A stretch of 64,000 bases of DNA from Owenia fusiformis (GCA_903813345.2 CAIIXF020000001.1:27900001-27964000); one strand, 5' to 3'. Shown: positions 50,560-62,725, numbered from the stretch's first letter. Notes: generated by a model from the letters alone, not told the origin. Program-made: numbers and translations.

Positions 50560-51025
50560 TTACTCGAGTCTTAAGCTAGACGAAACTTCATTGATTTCGT
50601 ATGTACTGTGCTACACGCACCTACACGCACCTAGAACTCATTTTTAATAAATTTTATAAATATTTTTAAGAATATTAATCATATTTAGGATGAAGCGTTG
50701 CTTGTCTGGATTTAGATATTTCAAAATTTCATTTCGGAGTTTGACACATGGTGAAATTTTCTCGCTGTAGCTAAAAATGGCTTCCGGTTCTGGACGTGAA
50801 TAACATTTGAAATATTATTCTCGCTTAAAGAAATCAAATATAACAATAGATTCAGACGGGGATGTGAGCTGATGTTCTTCAAATCTATACATAAAGGTAT
50901 ATTTCATATTATTATGCCATATTTACTGTGCGTGTGACACAATGATTTACAATATTTATAATACTAAGGCAGCTCAATCTTCCTCCTCAAAGCCGGAATA
51001 TAGAGAAGGCTTTGGACCGAAGTAA
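50560..51025. mobile_element. 466-bp TTACT...AGTAA element, 8-bp TSD, nested in copy B
   Basis: TSD TGGGTATG at 50552-50559 and 51026-51033. The site is empty in copies A and C. Same family as 25135-25595. Confidence 0.93.
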
Positions 51026-52654
51026 TGGGTATGCTGCATACATTGTAGAATCTGTCGACAAAGAGTGTGCAACTCCTGCATCCCTGAGCCAGAACAAGGC
51101 AGCTCTGGTCAAGTACCTTATGGCATTTCTGGAGGGCAAAGAGGCCTTAGAGATGAAGAAGTTAAAGGGTTCCAAGAAAAGACCCCAGAAGCTGATTAAG
51201 TATATAGATCCATTTTCTCATGTACATACATGTAAAACATTTCAGGGAAATCGCAGTAAGAATTTTCTTAATAGCCCGAGCAATATTCTTATATGTGCGT
51301 ACATGCTAAAAAATATTTTGGAGCTGTTAAGAGCTCTAGTCTTATTTCTAGCATTATTCTGAATGGCCCCAGTATTATTTCAAGTTTTTACACATGCAAA
51401 ATTTTTTTTGATCCACAATATGTAGAAATTTAGAAATCAAACATTCAAACACTGAAAGATATACACTGTTATAGTGAATATATTAGTGTTTAAATGTTTG
51501 ATTGAGGTATAAAAAAAATTGTTACAGTACAGTGTATGTAACAATTTTTTGTTACACCTCAAATAATATTCCTAGTATGTACAAACATGTTATAAAATTA
51601 TTTCGAAACCTGACGAAGCTAATGTGAACTCTATAGTATTACATAAACACAGGGGTTTCACTAGAATTTCTCACAACAGGCTAAATAAAAGAAAACAACA
51701 GGAAAAATTTATGGAAATCATAAATTTAACATGGAAAAGTTGAAAAATCCCTGAAAACAACAGGCGATTTTGTGAAAACAACAGGTGAAAATTGCCTCTT
51801 GCTTGCTGCTAATGAAAACCCAGTCAACATATCTTAAAAATCAAATAATATCTTGAGTCCGATATATAATGATTTTATTAATGAATCCGCTTAATGATCC
51901 TAGGGGCTTCCCCAGAGTTTTCCACTCAGGTCAGCCTAACCCTTTGTTGCACACAAGTGATCAAACTGGCAAATGCATTGTATGTTATACTCCTCATAAT
52001 ACATATTTTTCACATTAATCTTTTGAAATGGACCTATTTTATTTACAGTGGAGTGAAGAAAGGGCAGCAAGAGGATCTTTTCACAGATGATGTGACAGAT
52101 ACAGAGCTGCTGCAAGCAACAGGAGATGTGGTCCTTCAATCGTTTCCCAAATCCCAAAGTCCCCCAAGGTCGGATAATTATTTTAAGCATTCAATACCTT
52201 TAAAGGTAGAGATGGACGCAATACTATCGAGCACAACTTCTGGACCTAGATCTGAGAACCTGTTCCTCTGTACATGGAGGTTGGGACATTAGTGAAAGGT
52301 AGGGTAACACTTCCCATCTACAGATGTCCCCGGGGCTCAACATCGCTTGCGTCTTTTCACAATCATACCAGGTGAGTTTCTTATTTGGAATATTCTGAAG
52401 AAATTAAAGGCCCCATTTAAAATTCAAATATTTGAAGATTACAAAGTGGGCAACCTATCTAAATAGTTTTTTAAGTCATAAAAAGTAATATTTAAATGAT
52501 TAAAACTATATATCCAAACTTGACGGGGCCTTTATCTATTTGATAAATAATTTTGTAGTGTCTGACAATGCAGACTGTCCCAGAGAATTTTTTAAATATT
52601 AGCATATGTGAATACTGCTTTGATGGGGTCTTAAAATATATATAATATAATATT

Positions 52655-53515
52655 ATTATCCCATCGAACGAAGTTCGGAGGGATATAGGGAATGCCTCCG
52701 TCCGTACGTACATCCATCCGTCTGTCCGTCCATCCGGGCAATAACTCAAATACCGTTGGCCCGATTTTGTTCATATTTGGTATGTGAATACTATAAGCAT
52801 TGCACACTGTCCTATGACACTTTTGGTAGAAGGTGGCCATTTTGAAAAATGGCCGCCATTTTAATGTATTTTACCATAACTCGAAAAGTAGTGGAGCGAT
52901 TTTGTTCATATTTGGTATGTGAATACTATCAGCATGGCACACTGTCTTATTACACTTTTGGTAGAAGGCGGCCATTTTGAAAAACATTTTGAAAAATGGC
53001 CGCCATTTTAACGTATTTTACTATAACTCGGAAAGTAGTGGAGCAATTTTGTTCATATTTGGTATGTGAATACTATAAGCATGGCACACTGTCCTATGAC
53101 ACTTTTGGTAGAAGGCGGCCATTTTGAAAAACATTTTGAAAAATGGCCGCCATTTTAACGTATTTTACTATAACTCGAAAAGTAGTGGAGCGATTTTGTT
53201 CATATTTGATATGTAAATACTTTAAGCATGGCACATTGTCTAATAAAACTTTGGGGAGTAGTCGGCCATTTTGAAAAATGGCCACCATTTTTATGTGTGT
53301 TATTTTACAAGTACGTGTGCGATTTTTCAAAAATTTTAGAGGTGGCTACTTAAAAGCATATTATTTCTTCTGATGACAACTTGGCTTGTGAGCAACCATT
53401 TTGAAAATGATGGCCTTTCTGGTGTGTTGTTTTATGATATTTGCGCTTCGTTTGTAAAAATGCCAGCCATTTCTGTTCGATGGGATTCGCTACGCTTTGG
53501 CTTTGCCGTTGTTCT
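52655..53515. repeat. HINE/DINE-1-like element (third family) inside copy B; counterpart 59410-59845 in copy C has a contracted tandem core
   Basis: Subterminal IR ATCCCATCGAAC/GTTCGATGGGAT, (GTCC)n-like microsatellite, and ~110-130-bp tandem units containing AAAATGGCCGCCATTTT. Confidence 0.7.
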
Positions 53516-56500
53516 GGTTATGTATATTATTATTAAAATGTTTAAAAATGATTGAACTTTACTTTAAGGAACCAGGGCCAGTGCCTTGCATTTCCGGAAG
53601 GTTTAGCAAGGTGGAATGAGCACAGGGTCCATGCAGCAATCTCATCTAGCCATCCTTCCACTAAGACACTCTGCTGCAAAGTGCAGTTGGCTAGTTTAGG
53701 CTTAATGTGTTTGATGTAGAAATAGCTCCAGAAATAGTTCACCCCTCTCAGGAAGGACACAGGTATGTAAACAAGGTTGAAATTACTGTTGACCTCCCAC
53801 CACCTGCCATAGCTTGAAATACAGTGTGGGTCATATCTACTCAACAGTAGTTTAAAATTTAGAACCTGATATACTCTGTTCAAGATGGCCACTAATTATC
53901 AAAATGTGTTTTGTTCGGTGGGATTTGCTACTCCGTGGAGTTGCTGTTTTTCTTGTCGAATTATGCTCCCCTGAAAATGGGAGAGACTGCTCCTGAGCTG
54001 TTAGGAGGTAAAACCCGATAGCCTGATCTGTTGCATCTGTAATTTTGAGGATCATATAGGTCCTCTAGAATTCATTCTATCAATGCCTGAATCTTGCTGA
54101 AATACTGACGCAAGTTGGCAACCTTGATGTATAGCACATTTTTATGAATCAATGCTTAACAATCATTTTCTCAGAAATGAAGCAGAGTACCATCTCCTAT
54201 GTTTTACCATGGCTCAAACACATATTGAACAACATTCTAAATTAATTTCATGCAAATCATTCTAGTGCCTTTGGTATAAAATGGGTCTCAAACATGATGA
54301 AAATGGCACTTTCTGCAATTTTCAGACAATATTATTAACATGGTAGTAAATGAGTGTTACAATATGCGGTAGGGGGAGGTCTAAACCCCAATGGATTTGA
54401 CTGAATTTTTTGTGCTTGTTTTCCTTTATCAAGAGACCAACTGGGCAAAACTCAATCTTGATTTGAAAAAATAGTTGAAACTGGTGAAACACCCTAGGAT
54501 AGGATACCCCTGTCAAGTGCAAGTGCTTCATCAGCAGAACCTCTCCCGAAGGACAAGAAGGTGGCAGCACTGCCCTCAGCCAGCGTGGATGATCCCCGCA
54601 TGTTCGATCTACCCAAGAACACAGCTGGTGAAGGAGTGTCACGAGTGAAGAGGAGGATTCTTCCTGAAATTCTAACCATTCACCTCCAGTGCAAGTGCTC
54701 CTCCAGATCCCGCTCCAAGGTACGTTATGATTGCTCCTACTAGGGACTAGCTGTTTCCTGGTTAATCTGGCCTTTGTTCCTGAAGTCGCATACCCAGGAG
54801 TACAAAATCCTATAGCAAAAGAGTGGAGAAGAACAAGATGGAGGGCAAAGCCGCTAAGCGATCGAGTGTCCAAGTTTAGTGAACAGTGAAGACCGACAAA
54901 CTTGTAATGCTACCTAGCCTAGCTAGAAGGTCCCAAGTCCTTGTAAAAGCAGAGGGCAAGTTTTGTCAAAAATATAACATAAATGTGTTTATACAATATT
55001 GTTCAAAGTTGTGTGGGCTTCACCAAGGAAGTAATATTCTTTGGTTTGGGTTCAACTCCCAAATGACTTGATATTGTATTTACTTGTTAATGTTCTCTTC
55101 ATCTCTTCAATTCATTCCCATTAACATGATTAAACATGATTCAATTTTAAATGTACAACTCCTCATTTGCATTACTAGACCCAATAAAAAGATCTCTTGA
55201 AGGGATTTGATCATGATATGACATGACATGATATAGTAATTTTAGATAGAGATTGATTGTGACAATTGTGCTTGATTGTGTCAACAGATATACTTGATTG
55301 TGCTAGAATTAATCCATTTCACAAACCCGTCAATATATTTACTAATTGCTCTCAAAGAACACTAGGACCTGACCCCCTTTGGTGGGCCCAGAATTTTTTT
55401 CTTATTGATTGGAAATCTTTTTGGAAGGCCTTAAAAATGTTTTTTTGGGCATAATTTTGCATTTTTTGGCCAATTTATCAAAAATGGGCCTTAACTATTT
55501 TTCAAAATTGGACCAAATTTTGGGTTTTAAGGGCGCAAGCTAAGAAATCTTTTTACATATTCAAAATTTGCCCCCCCCCCTTGTTAATTTCTGGATCGGC
55601 CACTGCAGGGGTGGGGGTGCAACTTCCAAGGCTGACAAAACAGTTCAGGTAAAAAAGGTCCAGTAATGCCCAAAAAGGCCCACTAATTTGGGCACAGGCA
55701 ATGGAACATAGAAATAATCCCACCCCACTCTCTATATATAAGTAAATAAATATTTATTGGGATTATTTCTATGTTCCATTGCCTGTGAATTTGGGGCTTT
55801 TTGGAAGGGGGACTGTCCCCCCAGATCCGCCAGTGAGCTTGTTCATCATACTGGGCACTTTAAAGTGGCGGATCCAGGAACCAACAAGGGGGGGGGCCCA
55901 AATTTGAGGTCAGAGAAAGACCATCCGCGCTTGCGCCGAAAAAATTTTTGGGCCCCTAAAACTGAAAAGTGGGCCCAAATTTTGAAAATTTGAGGCCCAT
56001 TTTCTTCAAAATTTGGCCTAAAATTAAAAAAATAAGGCCTTAGAAGGCCCAATAATGACCAAAATGCCCACTTTTTGGGGCCTTTTTTGGCCTAAATTTT
56101 TTAGGGCCCAACTTTTTTTTTCTGGGCCAACATTAGGGGGGGGGGGCCGGGCCCCATTGCCCCCCCCCCCGGATCCGCCATAGCTTTATAACCCTATGCG
56201 CAAAACATCTCGTTAAAAGTCCGTTGCAGTTAGTCAACATATCCATAGTTAAGAGTTAATTACTAGGAACCCTTCTAATAAAAGCAATGAAAATTCTGAT
56301 TTTAAAATCATCGAAAATAACACGAACGAGTCAAATAATGTACCGTTCGTTTTATTGCAAAGGCGGGTTTGGATGACGGCAAACCCGGGTTTTGAGGGCG
56401 CAACTTATGGCAACGAGTGCTTCTGGGATTTTTGGCCCAGAAATAAATTTAGGGCCCGAAATATTTTGAAAGGCCTCAGAAAATGGGCCTTTTGTACATA

Positions 56501-57180
56501 ATTTGGCCAAATTGGGCATAATTATCAAAAAGGGGCTTAATTTTTCAAAATTTAGGCCCAATATTTCAGAAGCACTCGTTGCCATAAGTTGCGCCCTCAA
56601 AACCCGGGTTTGCCGTCATCCAAACCCGCCTTTGCAATAAAACGAACGGTACATTATTTGACTCGTTCGTGTTATTTTCGATGATTTTAAAATCAGAATT
56701 TTCATTGCTTTTATTAGAAGGGTTCCTAGTAATTAACTCTTAACTATGGATATGTTGACTAACTGCAACGGACTTTTAACGAGATGTTTTGCGCATAGGG
56801 TTATAAAGCTATGGCGGATCCGGGGGGGGGCCCATAACGGCCCGGCCCCCCCCCCTAAGGTTGGCCCAGAAAAAAAAAGTTGGGCCCAAAAAAGGCCTTA
56901 AGGCCCCAAAAAGTGGGCCTTTTGGTCATTATTGGGCCTTCTAAGGCCTTATTTTTTTAATTTTAGGCCAAATTTTGAATAAAATGGGCCTCAAATTTTC
57001 AAAATTTGGGCCCACTTTTCAGTTTTAGGGGCCCAAAATTTTGGATGGTCTTTCTCTGACCTCAAATTTGCCCCCCCCCCTTGTTGGTTCCTGGATTCGC
57101 CACTGTAAAGTGCCCAGTATGATGAACAAGCTCACTGGCGGATCTGGGGGGACAGCCCCCCTTCCAAAAAGCCCCAAATT

Positions 57181-57300
57181 CACAGGCAATGGAACATAGA
57201 AATAATCCCACCCCACTCTCTATATATAAGTAAATAAATATTTATTTACTTATATACAGAGAGTGGGGGGGGGGATTATTTCTATGTTCCATTGCCTGTG
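57181..57300. mobile_element. 120-bp near-perfect hairpin MITE (CACAGGCAATGG...CCATTGCCTGTG), 8-bp TSD; partly deleted counterpart at 55693-55787
   Basis: TSD CCCAAATT at 57173-57180 and 57301-57308 (AATTTGGG on both sides in copy B). Absent from copy A. Confidence 0.85.
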
Positions 57301-58099
57301 CCCAAATTAGTGGGCCTTTTTGGGCATTACTGGACCTTTTTTACCTGAACTGTTTTGTCAGCCTTGGAAGTTGCACCCCCACCCCTGCAGTGGCCGATCC
57401 AGAAATTAACAAGGGGGGGGGGGCAAATTTTGAATATGTAAAAAAATTTCTTAGCTTGCGCCCTTAAAACCCAAAATTTGGTCCAATTTTGAAAAAAAAG
57501 TTAAGGCCCATCTTTGATAAATTGGCCAAAAAATGCCAAATTATGCCCAAAAAAACATTTTTAAGGCCTTCCAAAAAGATTTCCAATAAGAAAAAAATTC
57601 TGGGCCCACCAAAGGGGGTCAGGTCCTAGTGTTCTTTGAGAGCAATTAGTAAATACATTGACGGGTTTGTGAAATGGATTAATTCTAGCACAATCAAGTA
57701 TATCTGTTGACACAATCAAGCACAATTGTCACAATCAATCTCTATCTAAAATTACTATATCATGTCATGTCATATCATGATCAAATCCCTTGAAGAGATC
57801 TTTTTATTGGGTCTAGTAATGCAAACGAGGAGTTGTACATTTAAAATTGAATCATGTTTAATGGGAATGAATTGAAGAGATGAAGAGAACATTAACAAGT
57901 AAATACAATATCAAGTCATTTGGGAGTTGAACCCAAACCAAAGAATATTACTTCCTTGGTGAAGCCCACACAACTTTGAACAATATTGTATAAACACATT
58001 TATGTTCATTTTTGACAAAACTTGCCCTCTGCTTTTACAAGGACTTGGGACCTTCTAGCTAGGCTAGGTAGCATTACAAGTTTGTCGGTCTTCACTGTT

Positions 58100-61000
58100 C
58101 ACTAAACTTGGACACTCGATCGCTTAGCGGCTTTGCCCTCCATCTTGTTCTTCTCCACTCTTTTGCTATAGGATTTTGTACTCCTGGGTATGCGACTTCA
58201 GGAACAAAGGCCAGATTAACCAGGAAACAGCTAGTCCCTAGTAGGAGCAATCATAACGTACCTTGGAGCGGGATCTGGAGGAGCACTTGCACTGGAGGTG
58301 AATGGTTAGAATTTCAGGAAGAATCCTCCTCTTCACTCGTGACACTCCTTCACCAGCTGTGTTCTTGGGTAGATCGAACATGCGGGGATCATCCACGCTG
58401 GCTGAGGGCAGTGCTGCCACTTTCTTGTCCTTCGGGAGGGGTTCTGCTGATGAAGCACTTGCACTTGACAGGGGTATCCTATCTTAGGGTGTTTCAAGAT
58501 TGAGTTTTGCCCAGTTGGTCTCTTGATGAAGGAAAACAAGCACAAAAAATTCAGTCAAATCCATTGGGGTTTAGACCTCCCCCTACCGCATATTGTAACA
58601 CTCATTTACTACCATGTTAATAATATTGTCTGAATTGCAGAAAGTGCCATTTTCATCATGTTTGAGACCCATTTTATACCAAAGGCACTAGAATGATTTT
58701 CAATATGTGTTTGAGCCATGGTAAAACATAGGAGATGGTACTCTGCCTCATTTCTGAGAAAATGATTGTTAAGCATTGATTCATAAAAATGTGCTATACA
58801 TCAAGGTTGCCAACTTGCGTCAGTATTTCAGCAAGATTCAGGCATTGATAGAATGAATTCTAGAGGACCTATATGATCCTCAAAATTACAGATGCAACAG
58901 ATCAGGCTATCGGGTTTTACCTCCTAACAGCTCAGGAGCAGTCTCTCCCATTTTCAGGGGAGCATAATTCGACAAGAAAAACAGCAACTCCACGGAGTAG
59001 CAAATCCCACCGAACAAAACACATTTTGATAATTAGTGGCCATCTTGAACAGAGTATATCAGGTTCTAAATTTTAAACTACTGTTGAGTAGATATGACCC
59101 ACACTGTATTTCAAGCTATGGCAGGTGGTGGGAGGTCAACAGTAATTTCAACCTTGTTTACATACCTGTGTCCTTCCTGAGAGGGGTGAACTATTTCTGG
59201 AGCTATTTCTACATCAAACACATTAAGCCTAAACTAGCCAACTGCACTTTGCAGCAGAGTGTCTTAGTGGAAGGATGGCTAGATGAGATTGCTGCATGGA
59301 CCCTGTGCTCATTCCACCTGGCTAAACCTTCCGGAAATGCAAGGCACTGGCCCTGGTTCCTTAAAGTAAAGTTCAATCATTTTTAAACATTTTAATAATA
59401 ATATACATAACCAGAACAACGGCAAAGCCAAAGCGTAGCGAATCCCATCGAACAGAAGTGGCTGGCATTTTTACAAACGAAGCGCAAATATCATAAAACA
59501 ACACACCAGAAAGGCCATCATTTTCAAAATGGTTGCTCACAAGCCAAGTTGTCATCAGAAGAAATAATATGCTTTTAAGTAGCCACCTCTAAAATTTTTG
59601 AAAAATCGCACACGTACTTGTAAAATAACACACATAAAAATGGTGGCCATTTTTCAAAATGGCCACCTTCTACCAAAAGTGTCATAGGACGGTGTGCAAT
59701 GCTTATAGTATTCACATACCAAATATGAACAAAATCGGGCCAACGGTATTTGAGTTATTGCCCGGACGGACGGACAGACGGATGGATGTACGTACGGACG
59801 GAGGCATTCCCTATATCCCTCCAAACTTCGTTCGATGGGATAATAATATTATATTATATATATTTTAAGACCCCATCAAAGCAGTATTCACATATGCTAA
59901 TATTTAAAAAATTCTCTGAGACAGTCTGCATTGTCAGACACTACAAAATTATTTATCAAATAGATAAAGGCCCCATGTCAAGTTTGGATATATAGTTTTA
60001 ATCATTTAAATATTACTTTTTATGACTTAAAAAACTATTTAGATAGGTTGCCCACTTTGTAATTTTCAAATATTTGAATTTTAAATGGGGCCTTTAATTT
60101 CTTCAGAATATTCCAAATAAGAAACTCACCTGGTATGATTGTGAAAAGACGCAAGCGATGTTGAGCCCCGGGGACATCTGTAGATGGGAAGTGTTACCCT
60201 ACCTTTCACTAATGTCCCAACCTCCATGTACAGAGGAACAGGTTCTCAGATCTAGGTCCAGAAGTTGTGCTCGATAGTATTGCGTCCATCTCTACCTTTA
60301 AAGGTATTATATGCTTAAAATAATTATCCGACCTTGGGGGACTTTGGGATTTGGGAAACGATTGAAGGACCACATCTCCTGTTGCTTGCAGCAGCTCTGT
60401 ATCTGTCACATCATCTGTGAAAAGATCCTCTTGCTGCCCTTTCTTCACTCCACTGTAAATAAAATAGGTCCATTTCAAAAGATTAATGTGAAAAATATGT
60501 ATTATGATGAGTATAACATACAATGCATTTGCCAGTTTGATCACTTGTGTGCAACAAAGGGTTAGGCTGACCTGAGTGGAAAACTCTGGGGAAGCCCCTA
60601 GGATCATTAAGCGGATTCATTAATAAAATCATTATATATCGGACTCAAGATATTATTTGATTTTAAAGATATGTTGACAGGGTTTTCATTAGCAGCAAGC
60701 AAGAGGCAATTTTCACCTGTTGTTTTCACAAAATCGCCTGTTGTTTTCAGGGATTTTTCAACTTTTCCATGTTAAATTTATGATTTCCATAAATTTTTCC
60801 TGTTGTTTTCTTTTATTTAGCCTGTTGTGAGAAATTCTAGTGAAACCCCTGTGTTTATGTAATACTATAGAGTTCACATTAGTTTCGTCAGGTTTCAAAA
60901 TAATTTTATAACATGTTTGTACATACTAGGAATATTATTTGAGGTGTAACAAAAAATTGTTACATACACTGTACTGTAACAATTTTTTTTATACCTCAAT

Positions 61001-61731
61001 CAAACATTTAAACACTAATATATTCACTGTAACAGTGTATATCTTTCAGTGTTTGAATGTTTGATTTCTAAATTTCTACATATTGTGGATCAAAAAAAAT
61101 TTTGCATGTGTAAAAACTTGAAATAATACTGGGGCCATTCAGAATAATGCTAGAAATAAGACTAGAGCTCTTAACAGCTCCAAAATATTTTTTTAGCATG
61201 TACGCACATATAAGAATATTGCTTGGGCTATTAGAAAATTCTTACTGCGATTTCCCTGAAATGTTTTACATGTACGTACATGAGAAAATGGATCTATATA
61301 CTTAATCAGCTTCTGGGGTCTTTTCTTGGAACCCTTTAACTTCTTCATCTCTAAGGCCTCTTTGCCCTCCAGAAATGCCATAAGGTACTTGACCAGGGCT
61401 GTCTTGTTCTGGCTCAGGGATGCAGGAGTTGCACACTCTTTGTCTACAGATTCTACAATGTATGCAGCATACCCAAAGAATTCCTTACAAGCCACTTGAA
61501 GGTCTGGCCTCTGAAGGCAGCAAACTGTAACATGAAGTGAGGGAGCCAATCCCACTCTTCCTTCGCACCAGGTCCAGTTTTCTTTGCTTGTGCCAGCACC
61601 TCAGCTAGGGCCATGGCCCTCCCAACAGGCTTCCTCGCCTTATTGACTTGGGCAGCTTTTGCAGCTTTCTTGCTCAGACACAGCTTTCCACTCGATAGTC
61701 TCACGAAGAGGCTAGACATATTCTGAAACAT
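58100..61731 (-). pseudogene. Fragmented putative transposase gene of copy C
   Basis: Mirror image of the copy B remnants; the N-terminal exon 61731-61300 has no nested insertion. Confidence 0.65.
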
Positions 61732-62725
61732 ACCCCCAGGTTATTTTTCTTATTTGTTATCATTTGAGGGCCAATTCTTTGCTAGACTCTAACACTAAAC
61801 TGCTAAATGTCAAGAATAAGGCTCTTAGTTCTTCATATCAAGTCTGAGAAAAGTAAACATCAAAACTACGACTCGAAACCCGCATATATATTTTTTGAAA
61901 AATGAAAGAATGTTTCCTGCTACAATGAAGCTGTCTATACCCTCTCAGTTCGTCAGAAATCGCCGATGAGTTTACCAGTACCAGTACCAGTAGGCCTAGA
62001 TCTAAAAAAATCCGTTTTTAAAAATATTTCAAAATTCGATCGATCATTTCCTAGAGAAATACTTCGATTTTAGAGTGGAAACTTACCAATTCTCGTCTCT
62101 GGGTAGATATTCTTCAAAACATACCATGGTTTTGCTATGAAAAACAGTTATCACGGAGTAAATCCAACTCAAAGTACGCATTTTCTTCATTTCAAACTAG
62201 TTGAAAACAAAGATGGCTGAACTATGAAGTGACAAGTTAGAGTAGAAGGGGTCTTTTGACTTTTGGTACTTTAGGCCACTGATAAAAATAACTGATTTTC
62301 ATGTGTTTAACATTTACTAAGTACAAAATACCAGGTATATCATTCTAATTAAGCACATTTTTCTATTTCTTAGCCTCATTAAACACTTATTTCGTTTGGA
62401 ATGCCCTTAAACCCTGCTGAACCCTGGTCTAAGAAACAAAGATCTAAATAAGGCCAAAGAGCACCCGGGTTCACTGTTAAACCTCCTGCTCACTGTAGTA
62501 TGAATCATGAATGTACTTTCACACAGGGTTTAACAGAAAGAAACAGTGAACCCTGGTCTAACGAATCCGTGTTTCCAGGGTTCGCCTAGCATGCCTTCGA
62601 CTCTTTCTCCAATATTTTGCTGCCTCAAAATGTGCCCTTCCCCTCCTTGTTAGATTCTGGATCCACCAGTTGACAGGATGAAGCTTAAGCTAGGTTAAGC
62701 GAATTCAAAGGGTATCTTTGAGTAT

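Larger units (their letters stand above)
50296..54900 (+). pseudogene. Fragmented putative transposase gene of copy B (50296-51190 interrupted, 52049-52371, 53569-53762, 54490-54900)
   Basis: N-terminal exon as in copy A, acidic exon DDVTDTELLQAT, exon GTRASALHF//EGLARWNEHRVHAA with AG/GT borders, and C-terminal FDLPKNTAG. Frameshifts and stops throughout. Confidence 0.65.
49426..56425 (+). mobile_element. Large DNA transposon derivative, copy B (7000 bp)
   Basis: Ends GAGAAAGAGTCGAAGGC...GGCAACGAGTGCTTCTG. TSD GGATTTTT at 49418-49425 and 56426-56433. Confidence 0.95.
56567..62609 (-). mobile_element. Large DNA transposon derivative, copy C (6043 bp)
   Basis: Ends CAGAAGCACTCGTTGCC...GCCTTCGACTCTTTCTC. 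TSD CAATATTT at 56559-56566 and 62610-62617. Near-identical inverted match to copy B. Confidence 0.95.
49394..62671. mobile_element. ~220-bp GGCGGATCCAG-family MITE split into three pieces by copies B and C
   Basis: Left end CATTGGCGGATCCAG (49394), middle 56434-56566, right end CTGGATCCACCAGTT (62657-62671). Flanking duplication GACAG at 49389-49393 and 62672-62676. Confidence 0.75.

Noticed and set aside
53542-54055. 116-aa and 67-aa ORFs duplicated in B and C as genes
   Set aside because: They are antisense to, or beside, the decayed exon 53569-53762. Their identity reflects recent duplication, not selection.
49426-62609. One giant foldback or Polinton-like element, or an assembly artefact
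   Set aside because: The outer flanks do not match each other. Each arm has its own 8-bp TSD and private indels, and there are no polB, integrase or capsid ORFs.
41652-62609. Assigning the large element to Sola (GAG terminus) or Zisupton (8-bp TSD, multi-exon)
   Set aside because: Sola makes 4-bp TSDs with true TIRs. No SWIM, SAP or KDZ-type motifs are visible to support Zisupton. Left unclassified.
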